From contig OZ316775.1 in the NCBI GenBank assembly GCA_973851085.1, positions 1,922,001 to 1,986,000 on the forward strand: DNA of 64,000 bases, given 5' to 3'. The notes under the pieces are model-generated. The model was not told the origin of the DNA, did no database searches, and worked only from the letters and a program-made list of their open reading frames with translations. Each line of letters starts with the position of its first letter. Within the stretch, counting starts at the first letter, position 1. Positions 38,749-53,239 of the stretch are shown here, one piece after another. Origin of the DNA: Ptychomitrium polyphyllum. Taxonomy: Eukaryota. The position numbers were made by a program, and so were the translations under genes.

Positions 38749-41700
38749 CTGCATTTCTGCTTGTCAGCTAATTTTTGATCTTTCATTGAAAGAAGTTAGT
38801 TCACGCCAAGCCTTTCCATTTCTTGATCGATGCATACAGCACAAGTGCTGCGTTTTTGGTAATTCTTCTTCGTTATTTACATCATGTAGGGGATTCAGTC
38901 TCTCAGTTTTTGTCAACAGCTGTAGCTGTTTTTAGGTACATGATGATGTCATGATCCGTGCACCTAGTAGATGGCCATTGGTGAGGTGAGCTTATAATAT
39001 TTCACTAGAGCTTCACAGTATATTCAATTCATGGCAGGAATTACGTCACATGTACACAGAATTAGCCTCACCAGCAGCCATCACCGATGAGGTCGCAGAG
39101 ATAACAGTTCGTGGGTACAGATCCTAAATAGGGTCACCAAAGTCAGAAGCCTGCAGACTACTTTTAAAGATAAAAGAACGTGATCTACAATTTTGTACTT
39201 TTCCTTTGTGGCACCTCGACTCTTCTCATTTTTTTTTAACTTTCATTTTTCTCGAACTAATTTCTGCTCAGTGACTGCCCAGATAGTGATAGCGTTGTGA
39301 GTCTGTCAACTTATTAACTCAGAAGACTACTGAAGTGGTACATTCAGGTCCGTATCACGGACAACTACTAAATAGGCCAGTGTTGACCTCAAGAAGCTGT
39401 TGCGTAGAGTTCTAGTTGTCCAATCTTTTTGACACGTTTGTTTAACGCTCTGAGTCTTTGTTGCCGTAGCTGCTTCAGAATATTGAAAATATAGGTCATG
39501 CATGAGCTTGGCACCGAATTAAGCTCCTCCAAAGTTGCTGCAATTTTGACTGATGTTGTCGACGTGCATCAATAGAAACCATAGTTCAGGCACGTTTTTG
39601 CTGTTAACACCGTAGTGCGTCAGGAAATTAAATGGCATAATTAAATTGTCTCATTCATTCAAAGGTGATTATTTGTCTGTTGAACAAGTATCAGCATCAC
39701 CATCAATAGAACGCGCTGTCTGACCAGTGACCTCCCTCCACACACTAGACGAGTTACTCGACATTGTCCGTTTAAAAGTTACAATCATAGTACGTTGTAA
39801 TGGAACTGAGCTGTAGGTGGCCAGTCAGCATTCCAAGGCGATGGTGCAATCGATATGTTCCAGTCCAGCAGCATATTGAACGCGGAATGGGGGCTGCAAG
39901 AGGACTACTACATTTAATACAATTTACGTTGCTCTGCTTCAGATCAACTCCAAATATTTAGCCAGAGAACTTACCTTGACCCGGCTCATGTATGTAGCGA
40001 AATTTACTTTACTTCTGGAATGCTCACTGACTGGAATCAAAGAAGTTACATTTATGAAGCATCAGTGATCACTTGCAGCAGTAGCCAGGCAGCGAGTGAT
40101 GGGATCTAAGTTATAATGGGTGCAACCTGATCATCACTTTTGAACACTCTGAGCGACTGTTAAGTCTATTTATAATTAGGCTGGAAAGGATTCTCTGCAA
40201 CCATCATCTGACTTACGGATTGTTTTCCGCCGCGGAGTGCCTCGTTCACCGCACTCACACATCCAATTATGCCTGTATGTCTGTAGCGGTAGTACCATCA
40301 CATTATTCAGCTCCGAGGGGTCTCAGGAATGTGATTTAATTAACTTAAAAGAATATTGTGAGATGTATGACATGTAGCAGTGGTACTGCCTGTAGCCTGT
40401 TCAGCTGCCATGCAATTAGTGTGAATGGAGAGCAAACTTTGTTTATCCAGTAACTTAATGAACTAAGGTTACACATGAGATCGATCAAACATGATCAGTC
40501 ATGTACAGGTCGAGCTCAGACTGGATCCTCACTGCAGATAGATATACTAAAGGATAGGTACATGCACGAGCGTGAGACCAAGCTGCTGCTGCAGGGCCGT
40601 GGTTTAGGAAACAGGGACAATTCAGCATTAAGAATGATTGTCCCAAATACCCAGTTTATCTGTGTCGTACGAAATGTCTGACTGAACTTGTGGGGTTCTG
40701 TTCAGCTTTTTATAACTACTTTATGACTTGTGTCTTCCAATGCTGCTGAGCTTTGCACGCCAAAAGAGAAATTTCTCGGTAAATCATGAGGCAGACGACT
40801 TTCGGGTCATTGCAAAATTGAAATATTATCCTCGCAGGCTCCTGGTTCCTTTATGACTGCCCAGTGTACTCCAGTCAACTTAACTCCTTGAGCCCCTGCC
40901 CCGCTGAGCCAATGTATGTGGTCGCTCCAACTTCCGAACGCAGAATTTAAAGGAATTCTGAACAGAAATCCCAACGCTGAAATTGCTCAGCATTTCCTGT
41001 TGTGTCAAAATGATATAAAGATCTATGAATATTAAAAGTAAACGTCGTTTGCCAGAATTATTAGTTTTTTCCAAACTTATGAACATCAGGTCATCTGTTC
41101 TTGACTTCCTCTTCTGCATAATGTGACAATTAATTTCAACCAATCATTACAAATATAAAGTGTAGAAATAATTCATGCTAGTTCAAGTGACTTAAATACT
41201 TTGGTTGCATTTTTAATGGTGAATGTTTGAAAATTTATTATATGAAATCTAAAATATTTTGATACCTAATTATACATATAATTTGTAAAAGCATGGTGAT
41301 TTTCATTTCGTCTTTGAGCCAAATTTCTTTAAAGTCGTAAAAGTCACATTTGATAGTATTTCTAAGTTTTACCTTATTCCTTAAAGAGCTAGAAGTTTAT
41401 GAAATTTTTATTGATAAAACATTTATATCTTGTGCAAATGCACTTTGTTACCTTGTAGTAGAAGAAAAGTTAAAATTTAAGGAATTTTGTAAAGATGTGA
41501 GGATTTAAGTCAAAGGAATTAAGTAAAGGGATCTCCTTAATTTTAGAGAAAAAGAGCAGGATCCTTGAAAGAACAATAAAAAGCATACTTCCTTAGTCAA
41601 AAATTTAGGGCCCAAATTTCATCTAAGTTTGTTTTTCCTTGCTTTTTAAATTTCTTCTTTTCTTTTAACTTAGTATAAGTTTGAAATGACTTCTACAATT

Positions 41701-44700
41701 TAATAAGTTAAAAACCTTATACAATTTACAAGTAATTATTATTTCTATATCATTTTGTGGATTTATTAACATCCTTAATTTCCAAATTAAGTTTATACAA
41801 TTTGATGAGGGAATAATTGCTTAAAAATATTAGGCACCTTGATAATTGAAGCAATTTTATACTTTAGATTATAAAGACTTCAATGCATTCAACAAAGATT
41901 TGAAAATTTTGAAGTAGGATAAAATAGCTTAGAAACAAATTGAAATATCATCTTTTTATTGCACTTCCAAAAATAATAAATTCAAATTTTCATTTTCATG
42001 CAAATTAATAGATAAGTTTTTTGGATATTTTAGAAAAAGAGCTTTTGTTTTTCAAAGGATTGCAAAACACATATTTTATGAGCCTTTTTTATTAGATTTT
42101 AAAAAAAATACCTAATGACATCTATCAACATTTTTAACTTATTCCAAATGAAGATGCTTATCTTCTAAATAGTAAAAAAAAAGTTTTAAGATAATTTTTA
42201 TGGTAATAAGTACTTCATTTGATTTTTCTTCCAAAAGTTTGAATTTATCATACTAGAAAAGATTAGGCATAGGGCTTAAAGCTCACAATTTTAAGTCCAC
42301 CAAATAAAAATCTTATAAAAAATGGGAGTATTTTTCCATAAGAAAGAATTTAGACCAGTGCATACACTATGCATTCATTGAATTGCTTACTTTAGATTGT
42401 TTTGATGGCTTAAGTTGAAGGTGGTTTTACGATCAAATATAGAAATGTGTTTAATTGGTGGAAGTAGTGATTTTTTATAATTTATTTCAAAATCAATTTG
42501 CTACATCCAAAACATAGTGGCTGATTTCACTAAAAGAGCTATCATAAATGGAGCACCTTTCCTCATTACATTCTAATCCTATATTCATAAGACATATAAA
42601 GATAAACATATATTTTTTTCCTTTGCAAATAAACTCAAACTCCAAAACTCAAAACCCACAACCCAATACAAAAAGAAAGAAATGCAAGGAAGGTACAAAA
42701 CATTAATAACAAATTAGTGAAACTTGGATATATTTCAATGAACCATGTTCACTTTCACTTTCTTAAATAAAAGAAAGGTTGGATACATACACATATATAT
42801 AGTGAGATGGACTTCATGTACTTGCTTTCCTAATGATTGCCCAACTCCTGCTTCAGCTTTGAAGCGCATACTGTTTTACATGATTTGATGGACTGCACAA
42901 CCAAGAATCTGCAAAAATTGCCAAAGGACTTCCTGTATGCATAGCACTGCTTTGGAGAAGTACATGATGGAACAGCCCACATACCCATCTCCAATCATCC
43001 ACAAAAAGTGGTGTACTAAGCTGGCTCTAATTATGCAAGTCATGAGCAATCTTGTAGTAGCCACTGAAGTTTTCAATTGTAAATCTTTTCATGTGCTCAT
43101 CACTTGACCTGAAATCACTGTACCATGAGAAACATTGTAACCTTGGGTGCCATCCAGTGCCAGCAGTTTAGGCTGGCAAATGGCACTTCCAGTCATTCTA
43201 AATTGTATGGCAGTCACACCGTTTCTGGATCACAAAATCTGCCGGACAGGGAAGGAAGTAATAAGGAATGGTCTGAGTCTTTGAATTTATAATCTAGATG
43301 CAAATGAAAGAAACTTCATTGTAAGTCAAACTTAAATGATACATGTGCTTCTCATTGGCCAAGGAAGCCTTACTGATTCTGCAGAAGCACAAAGAGTAAC
43401 AAATAGGAAAAGTTTCCCTTCACTATTTAGAGTATCTCCACTCCAATAAACCAAAATAAGAAAATGGATTTTCTTATTATAGGAAATTCACATAGAATTA
43501 GAATTTGAAAGTCTCAATATTGAATGCACATAGAATAATCACATAAAATAGGCACAAAACGTTTGAGATTTGGACAATCAATGATGAAGTTAAATCCCTG
43601 TAAACATGTTAATGTATAGAGCTTAATGGAACATGGCAAAATTTGCTTAAGTTAAGTGGAATTAAAACAAATAATCATGCAAATATGCTTAGTTTCCTCT
43701 ACCCAGCTTGACAAATTGATCTTTGTTTCATTAAACTCTACATTTTTATGTTTGGAAGAAATGTAATTTGGTCGTTTAAAAGTTTTTATGTTTATTTTAT
43801 GTGGTTTTTTTATGTGCATCCAATAAGGTATTCTTATATTTTAGTTCAGTGTGATTAAAATTAATTTTTTTTAATTTAGAATGTTGAAATAGAAATTCTC
43901 TTTGATACCAAAAGCTTGATCCATCTTAAATCAAGAAGCCATTAACATTTCAATAGCATTCTAATTATTTAGTATTGAATTAAATGTTTGCAGAATAAAA
44001 AATCTAAATAAGATTAACTTGGATAATGAAAAAAGACTTAAGACAATGATTTCGTTTTTAGCCTATTTAGAAATTATAAATGAATTTGGTAATTTATATT
44101 AATTATGCTTCTTCCATTCAATAAGATGAAAATACGTCTAATCAATACTTTATTTATCATATATATGTGTAATTGAATTCAAATCAATTGTATGTTTTTT
44201 TTTCATTATTAGATTATGATGAAAATGAACACTAGAAGAATCAATATCATTATTTAGTATCTTTTTACATAAGCTTGAAACATCATTAAATTCTATTAAT
44301 CCTACCATATTTTATCCTACCATGTTAAAAATGAAACACAACTAACTTTTGTTGGTTTAAAAAAATTACTATCTTGGATTTTTAAGTCAAATGAAAAGTT
44401 TTGCATAATAAAAGATGTCACACATTTAAAAGCACATGTGGTAGGTTTCAAACATGATAAGGCATCTATAAAACAAGATTTATGTACTCACCTTAAGAGT
44501 TGTTAAATTAAATGAATTACTAGTGGTCAACACAAGTCTTTACAACCATATTAAGAACAGAATCAACACAAGATCTATGCAAAGGATGTGTAAAAATCAA
44601 TTGATAAAGAACATTTTTTTGGCAAGCATTGGAATATAATTGTAATTGTTTGCAATTATAGAAGTAAATTAGTACTTTGTAGGCTTCTTTGAATGGTATG

Positions 44701-47492
44701 TATAGTTAGAATGTTGTATGTAAAGAAAGATAGTTATTATAGTATTTTCTAATATATGAAATGCAATAGAAAGCTGTAACTTTTTATTTTAACTTCAATA
44801 AAATACATATTTGTTATAATTTGTCTTTTATAATTATATATTGAAATTTATACATGTCAAATAGAAAATTTTATATAGCATGAATTTTAAATTTATTAAA
44901 AAACCTTCTTTTTAATCATTAGAAATTTTCCACTTGCTTTCAATGAATAGATTCAATATGTAATTTTAAATGTTTTTGCAAAAATTGTATTCAAATTGGC
45001 TTCCTTAGTATTTGTGAAATTATTACATATGATGTCTTTATGTGATATATGATGTTTTTACAAATATTGTATTCATAGAAGATTTTTAAAATTCAACAAT
45101 GAAATTTTTGATAAAATTTGGCAAGCATAAACGGTTTTTTATTACAATAATAATAATTTGATTTCTACAAGTTCCTAATGAATTTTTTTTTGGATTTATT
45201 ATACAAAATTTTTAATAGAATAATAGATAAAATTCCATTCTATAATATTTAGGAATAATGATGGATATATTTGATAATCTTTTAAAACTCTTCCAAAAAC
45301 TATGAATATTGGAATTTACTACAAAACATAAACATTATTATATATAACTTAACATTAAGTTTGATAATTATATAATAATAATTTATTTCTTAAAATGCCA
45401 TTTAAAGCTTTTTTTTTTATAATCATAGACTGTAAAATTTTCAAAGTTTTTTACTTAAGAATTATTTGATGTAATAATAAACATCTTAATAAGTTAAAGA
45501 AATAACATTGCACGTTTAATTGGCAAAAGTTACATTTTTAATTTTTAAAAAAAGAGAAAATCATAATTTTATTTCATAGATTATTTTAAAAGCAAAAATT
45601 TATTATGGCTAAATATATTATGACATTAATAAGTAATGCATCAACATTAATAATTGGGGTGAAAATTTTTATTTTTGAAAAATAAATAATCTTCAAAAAA
45701 AAAAAAAAAACATTTCAATCCAATGCATACATTCTAGTAGTCTTTGTGCTAATATAAATGTCCTTCTTTATTTTTCCTACAACACTAAGATGAATGTCCA
45801 TGACATACTTTCTTTTACCATATTATCATTTTATTATGACTTTGGTCCTTTGGAAGAAATGCAAAATAAACTACTTGCATGTATTTGTTTTTTACTTAAA
45901 TTTTATTTGCCATAGAAATCAATAGTAACCTATTCATTTGTCTCTTTTGTCTAAAAATGATAGTCTTTTAGCCATCTCTGTCTATATAAACAACCTCGTT
46001 TTATCCTGATTTTATAAAAATTCAGTAATAAAAAAATTAAAAATGATAAATTTATTGATAATCATCCCTCAATCATCTTAACACTGTCATTCTTTAATAA
46101 TAAGAAGAATTGATTCAAGTTCATGCCAACTATTTTCCATTACAATGTTTTACCATATTCAAATTCTCTAAGAATGAATTTGTTGCATTGTGACACTCCT
46201 ATTTGTTTAGTAGATGTGATTATTTCAAAACTCTGGACTTCTTATTTAAATTCATATTGGAAATAAATCTATTTGTCTAGTCTTCTGCACAGTGCACACT
46301 AAAAGGTTAACTACGAAACCCAATCAGATGAGCTACATGTCCAACAAGGGGCAGAAGTTCATCAAATACATTTGTAATTAAAACTCATGGTCACACATGG
46401 ACCCCACATATAGCAAATACTCAACGTTGGAAGTCAGGCTTTTAATTCTTGGATTGGAGCAACTCGCACTAATTCTGTAATTTAGGAAATCAATATTAAA
46501 TGACAATGAATGATGTGTGGCAGTGAACACATTCTCAAGAAGGAATTATAACTTCTGGAAAGGGTGACCAGAGGGGTTCCAAAGAATGTTATGACAAGAA
46601 CATAAAGTTCTTAAAGAAAATAAAGATGAGTTAAGCCACAAACTCACAGGTGCACCTCACTGCAAAAACAAATGAGCACACTGACACCAACCTGGACACA
46701 GGACAGGTCTGCATTGTATCAGTTATCTAACATAGAACCTTCATAATGAGGAGCTTCTTCTAACGTTGATCAAGCAGGTGAGATCATTAAATATTACAGA
46801 CAAGTTGACCACCTATCATTACACAAGCTCTTGTACAATGATAATTGCAGGTTCAGAGATACTGAATTAAGTTAGCACCAGCATTACAGCAACAAGAAGA
46901 GGACAAATTGATACTACGCTCTACTTACATGCAACTTCATTTCCAACCAACAAAGACACGACACAATGCACAATGTAACCATTAAGATTATTACCATAAA
47001 ACATCACCTCCAAAGACTAGATTCAGTGTTTTTGAGTTTTTGGACCATCTCCTTCAGTTCTGTGCATTAATACAGCAATCATTTGAACCAGACCTCCAAT
47101 TAAATTTACTTTTATTTGTGTCATAAAATCAAAAGAAATATCATGCCTTCTTACACTTGTCAAATGACCCTTAGCGCTAAAGAATTTCCTGTCTAGAGAT
47201 GCCTCAAAGGGAGACTGTAAAGGGCGATGCCATCGGCGACGAGTTCGTGGATACCCCATGGGCAGGACTTTTATACCTGCAATAGGCAATCTACAATAGG
47301 TTCGTGCCCAGATTTCTGCTATGCCCACCACTCTTGGAAAAATCTAATCCTCTAGAAACTGAAACATGGAACAGACTTTGAAAGGCAACAGAATGAATAC
47401 ACAAAAGGAGCTCACCTGCAATGCATGTCTTAGATCTCTGAGAACATCTGTCGCGATATCTACCAGTTAACGCAGGCACAACTAAACCATTC

Positions 47493-49460
47493 TCATGTGG
47501 CTCTCCTCATATCGCCTCCCACGCTCTTTTGTTCGACAAATTGCATTAATGTGTGAATAAGGCTCTCGCAGCTTCCGCAAAAGGCAAACTTCCGCTTCTT
47601 CTTCCTCGTTTTCCCAATGTCCTTACTACATCTTACACAACATGTCATAAACATATTAAGCAAAAAAAGTTTCAAGAACGGAGCAACATAATACCTTCCA
47701 ACTATCCTGAAATTGTGCAAAATTCATAATAAATAAAATAGCATACATGCACACGACAGTTTTTCATCAACTCAAATCATGTGGAAACATGCGAGTGGCA
47801 TCTGTATACGAAAACCATTCAAGGCTCTTGCAGAAGTAAATACAGCGATATGCAGCAGTAATCCAGTTTGCAGTATTCAAGTATCAGTTATGAACTTATG
47901 ATCGTTTTGTAAGTCGACACTGAGTAATTAAAAATATATTAAAAAGTCAATTAACCTCAGTAAACAAACTCTATTGACATGACCCAGAACTTTGCAACTG
48001 TGCACATGATTCAGATGTTTTTACCATAAGCCTACAAAGTTCATATACGACTGAAAATAGCAATAGAGCTACATGTGGGCTTACTCCATTTCGCTGTACT
48101 CGAAGGCTCGTCTTCATGGCTACCTTGACAACCTACGTTTTAGATATTCCCACAATGCCGCGAGGAGATCGTCTCGTATCACTTCTACCAACTCAGACGG
48201 TTTGAAAGACAATGACCTGCATATTCAACTTCATTCAGCTAGAAACTCTTTGTGTACCATGACCTGTTGTCGGCAAATTATCTCATCAATTAGTCACCTC
48301 AGTGAATTGACGACTGAGTCGCTGACAACCTTTAAGTAAACATTCTTGCATTGTAATCTATCACAAGCAGTAAAGCCAACTCTATCAGACTATAGACAAC
48401 CTCAAGCGTTTTGTTCCGAGCTTATTGATTTGCTGCAGACAACTTTGACCAACACCGTTATATGCAATCACCGAGGCAGTCAAAAGATTCACCGCATTGC
48501 ATAGGTTAAACAGATCCATCTTCCTTAGTATACGAAACTCAGAAGAGGCGACGTCCATTAAAGTAGTACAGTTTTTCCTGGTCGATTACACAAACTAATA
48601 CTCAGTTTACAGAAGCAGTCATGACTATACTTAAAAAATCCAACATCTTCTACATTTCTAGACAAAAAATAAATACATCAAAAACTACGGAAGATATTAT
48701 TATTATCGAACTTGAATTAGTCGATGTTTTATACAAAACCTTGAACCCTTCGCAACTGATTAAAGCCCCTCAAGCATCCTGGGTAACGACGTCCTAGAAC
48801 GTCAAGCCTAACTTAAAAGGTAATCATGCACTTGAACATGCCTTTTTCATAAAGAACTACTTCACATTTTCTCTTCATCAATTGAACTGATCATTCACTT
48901 GAATAGCACCCAATCATCCTCACAGCCTGTACAAGAGTCTGAAGAGAAACGGTCCTGAATCAAAATGAGCTGACAAACTATGGCTACCATGAAGATCTAG
49001 ACCAATTTTTTGTTCTCCTGCTTGCAATTATCGTCAGAGCATGAGACCACGTCAACAGAGGGACTGTCACAAAAATCGAGACATGCAGCTAAGCATGCTG
49101 CCTCAAAATGCGCTGTCTTTCACACGACCAGAGTGAAAGGAATGCACATACAGATGTAAATTCTACACCAAAAGATTAATTGAATAAAATAGCTGATAAT
49201 GTTTACCTCCTGTTTGTAGACCAAATTCTTCCAAAGATGTTCGTGAATTCCGTGAAGCAGAGGTCGCCTAGTGAATTCATTCCGGAAGGGCTTCCATTCC
49301 GCTTGTTACAACCAAGACGATGAAGAGTTCAGTCACATTGTGAGATGTAAATATGAAGGATACGAAAACACCTTGCCTCGGGCACGCAATGAGCAATGAT
49401 CCATAGAGGTTCCCTTGGAAATGCTCTTCTGGAAATTCAAAATCATCTGCTCACTTTGCA
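47493..49460 (-). other. Candidate spliced minus-strand gene, pseudogene or lncRNA. Putative exons: ~49460-49372, 49301-49207, 48432-48401, 48216-48124, 47625-47493
   Basis: GT-AG bounded segments join in phase into one stop-free peptide. No start codon or homologue was recognised. Confidence 0.3.
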
Positions 49461-51598
49461 AATCCCAGAAGTCAAAGAGCTTTGACAAGTCTAGTGCTTC
49501 TTGCCTGCCTGCCTGCGACAACATCCATGGCACTAAACATTCAACTCAATCTTGACATGGACATGATCCTCCAATTCCCACTCCCATACGATCCACGCTA
49601 CAGGAATTGTCCCATCCACCTTTAGCTTGTCGACACCATGCGAGAGATTATCGAAACCACAGGATTATTTTGCAATTGTTGCAGAAACTTGCAGGCAAAT
49701 CACAGACAGCGACAGAAACAAGGAGTCTTGGGGAAGAGCAAACCCAAACAGTTTTTTGGATGTGCAAAGTCCTTAAAACCTGAACTCTCACATAGCAAAG
49801 CAATGTTCACTTCAGCAAACGCTGAGCCCTCTCCTTGCCTTTCACAGGACATTCTTTAGTGACTCTTTATTGGGATAAGAATAATTTCATATCCAAACAA
49901 GTAGAGTTTATATGTCTTACTCAAATAAAGATTGAGGGATTCGAAGTTGGCTAAATGGGAGGGAAGGCATAGTGTGGAATCTTGAGTCCCTATGACCATC
50001 ATAACGTTCTTCAATAGTTGGATGAGTCACTTTTTAGGTTATAACATCCAAAATCATGGTTTCAAAGTAAGTGACTAAAGTTATTATTAACAAGCTACAA
50101 TTTATAACATTGAATCATATTTTAAAGTGTAAAAAAGAATTTTAATATGATTAAAAGGTATTCTTTGTACATCATGTGAATAAATTATAAGTGTTTGAAA
50201 TTGAGAATTTTATAGCTCATTCTCTTTATTCTAGGGTGATTAAAGCTGTGATACTAAAGAATGTTACAATTATGTACTTTCAATGGTCAAGAAAATTAAA
50301 AAAAAGTTCTATTAGTTTCTTTGCAAAAACCATATGGAATACAATTAAACAAAAAACTCTATTTTTTGTTTAATAATACATCTACAATATTTCTATACCT
50401 AATCCATATGCAAATAATATGAATTGTGCAATTCATAAAAAAAATAAAAATTCCATACAATTTCATCTAATTTCTTTTCCGCTAAGAAATCTACAATGTT
50501 TCTACATAAAATCCATCTATATATTGATATTTTAGAAATTTAATGTTAACATATTTTAGAAATTCTAAGTTGATTCTTTTTTTAAAAAATAAAAAATGAA
50601 GAAAAAAATGTTTTAATGTTCAAAAAAATTCTTAAAAAATTCAAAAAATATATTTATAATAGAAAGAAAAATCCTGAAACAAAAGAAAAAGAAGAGAATG
50701 GCAAGGATATCAAATTTAAGCTAGCATGGCAGATCTAAAGCTATTTCAAGAGGTACAAGGATGTTTGTTATATTGTTCAATTTTTATTATAGGTTGATTA
50801 TTTCTTTTTCATGCTTGCATATTTTATAATATATGGCCAAACTTTTCCATGTACTAATCATATTACCAATTTCTTTGGAACTACATTTTTAATTACATTG
50901 CATAAAATAAAGCCTTAGTAAACTTGTTTGCATTCCTATTCTATAGGCCTTGGAATTTGATGTTGAAATTTCAAATTTGTATTTAGTTTGTCTTCCAAAT
51001 TGAGTTTTCCTTTTTAATGTATGTAAATTTATTAATTATACATATACTATTTAATCTAAAATTTTCTTGTCAATCTAACTTGTAATTTATGGTACAGTCT
51101 ATTAACTATTGACTTTGTTTGAAAAGATGGCATGTCTTTTATCAATGATTGTATTGTAAAAAGTTATTTTCTTGTGCAAAATTTGTACAAAGATTGTTGC
51201 ATAAGCATTTGAGTTTTAAAATTGCAAATTAAGATTACAAAGGTAATTACGTACAAATTTTTTTTGATGTAAAGATAGCTTATATTTTTACATTATGGAA
51301 TAATAAATTCCTTGATGGTAAAAATATGAATTCTTTAGTTTTTATAAAGTTTTTCTATCTATGTGAGAAAAACAATGTCTTAAGAACTTTGGACAAACTA
51401 AGAAAATTAATTTATTTTGAAACCATAGATATGTAAATCTTTTTCCATTACAATTTATTTAAAGTTTTTGAAACTTTTATATGGGGAGTTCTAAAGATTT
51501 TTTTAATGAATAAATTACTTTGCAGAATTTAATATATATATATTTTTAAATAAATTTATATCATAAGTGTTATGCATACTCATTATGTGTCTAATGAT

Positions 51599-52015
51599 TG
51601 TTACACAGACATAGATCATGCAACATAGACTTTAGAATCTTCTAAACCTTCTAAAATATTGTAGTAGCTTCTTTCAATACTTTTAATGCTTCCATAGTCA
51701 TTCCACCTCCTTGGAAAACTTCTTAAGAAGATTCCATTTCCTTAAAAAACTTCTTATAAAGGTTCCATAGACTTCTAAAATATTGTTAGACTTCATAAGA
51801 AGCTTGTTTAGAAGTATCTTAGGAAATACAAGCGTCATAATATAAATAAGAAGCAAGACAAGGTTTACCTTAATATTGCCAATATAAATTGTGGATCATA
51901 TTGTATTGTACCCTTGTTATAGTTTTTGTATTAATTCTTGTTAATCATTAGTTTTTTAAAAGTTAATTCTTAATAATTACTTTGTGTTTGCTTCATGTTT
52001 TTTATGTCCTTAACA
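51599..52015 (+). mobile_element. Solo LTR (417 bp) of the same Gypsy family
   Basis: TGTTACACAGACATAGATCATGCAAC...GTCCTTAACA, flanked by a 5-bp TSD with one mismatch (ATGAT/ATGAC). No internal domain. Confidence 0.92.
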
Positions 52016-52626
52016 ATGACTCTTATGTACCTCTATATCTATTGTCTTGACAACAATCATTTATATCATAAAATGTCCATTGATATAAATAATAAGATCC
52101 AATTCAAAATTTAGTAGCAAGCTTTGTAGCCAAGAAGGCAAATTAATCATTAAGAAGGCTTTGCTATGTCATTTTGTCATCAAGTCTTTATATTAATGAT
52201 TTATGTGTTGTAGACAACATATTTATACACATAGAAATGATTTGATTTATTATAAATTATTAATTAAGAGCCTTTATAAGGAGTGGATTGTATATGTATC
52301 TTATATATTTTTAACACAAAAATATAGATTGAAAAGAAATTAGTTTAGTAGTGTATATTAAATTAGATCATGGACTTGTACATAAAGATGATAAAAACTA
52401 GGGCATTTTTACATAGAGATGTCAAATTGTTTGAACAAAGAAAATTTCTCAAAGAAGCATGATATTTTGAATTTGTTTAAAGGTAGAATAAAAGATGCTA
52501 TTATATACTTGAATTATGTTGTTAATATTTTTTTTAACAAATTGAAGAACACGTAGATTAAATATACTACAAATAAAAAGGAAATTTAAGTATTTTTATT
52601 ATTAAAATTTTAGTTGCAATAGAAAG

Positions 52627-53239
52627 TGTTAGAGACACAAGAAACAAGAAGCAGAAACAAAGTGTTTTCCAAGAATTAGCTTCCAAAGAGCTAATGATTA
52701 ACAATAACTTGATACAAAGAGTAGAATAAGGCAGGATTCAAGATGATCCACAACTTGTGTTGGCAAGACTAAAGAACACCTTGTCTTGCCTCTTATTTAT
52801 ACTATAACATTTGTGTTTTCTAGGATACTTCTGAAGAAGCTTCTTACAAGGCTTAAGAATATTCTGGAAGTCTAGAGAACCTTCCCAAGAAGTTTCCAAA
52901 GATGTTGAAACCTTCCTATGAAGCTTCCAAGGAGTTGGAACCTTTCCTGGAAGTTTCCTAAGATAGCAAAACTTTCTTAGGAAGTTCCTAAAGAAGTAGA
53001 ACCTTATTAGGAAGTTTCCTAAGATGATAGAACCTTCCAAGGAAGTTTCCTAATAAATTACCTCAGATGATAGAACCTTTCTATTAAATTTTCTAAGGTG
53101 GAGGAACTTTCCTAGGAAGCTTTCTAAGAACATGGAAAGACTATGGAGACATCTAAAAGTATTTAAAGAAGCTATTATAGTATACTAGAAGGTTCTAGAA
53201 TGTTCTAAGGACTATGTTGCATGATCTATGTCCGTGACA
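52627..53239 (-). repeat. 3' LTR (613 bp) with expanded ~29-bp U3 subrepeats
   Basis: Adjacent to the PPT, with repeated GGAAGGTTCTATCATCTTAGGAAACTTCCT-like units. Confidence 0.95.
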
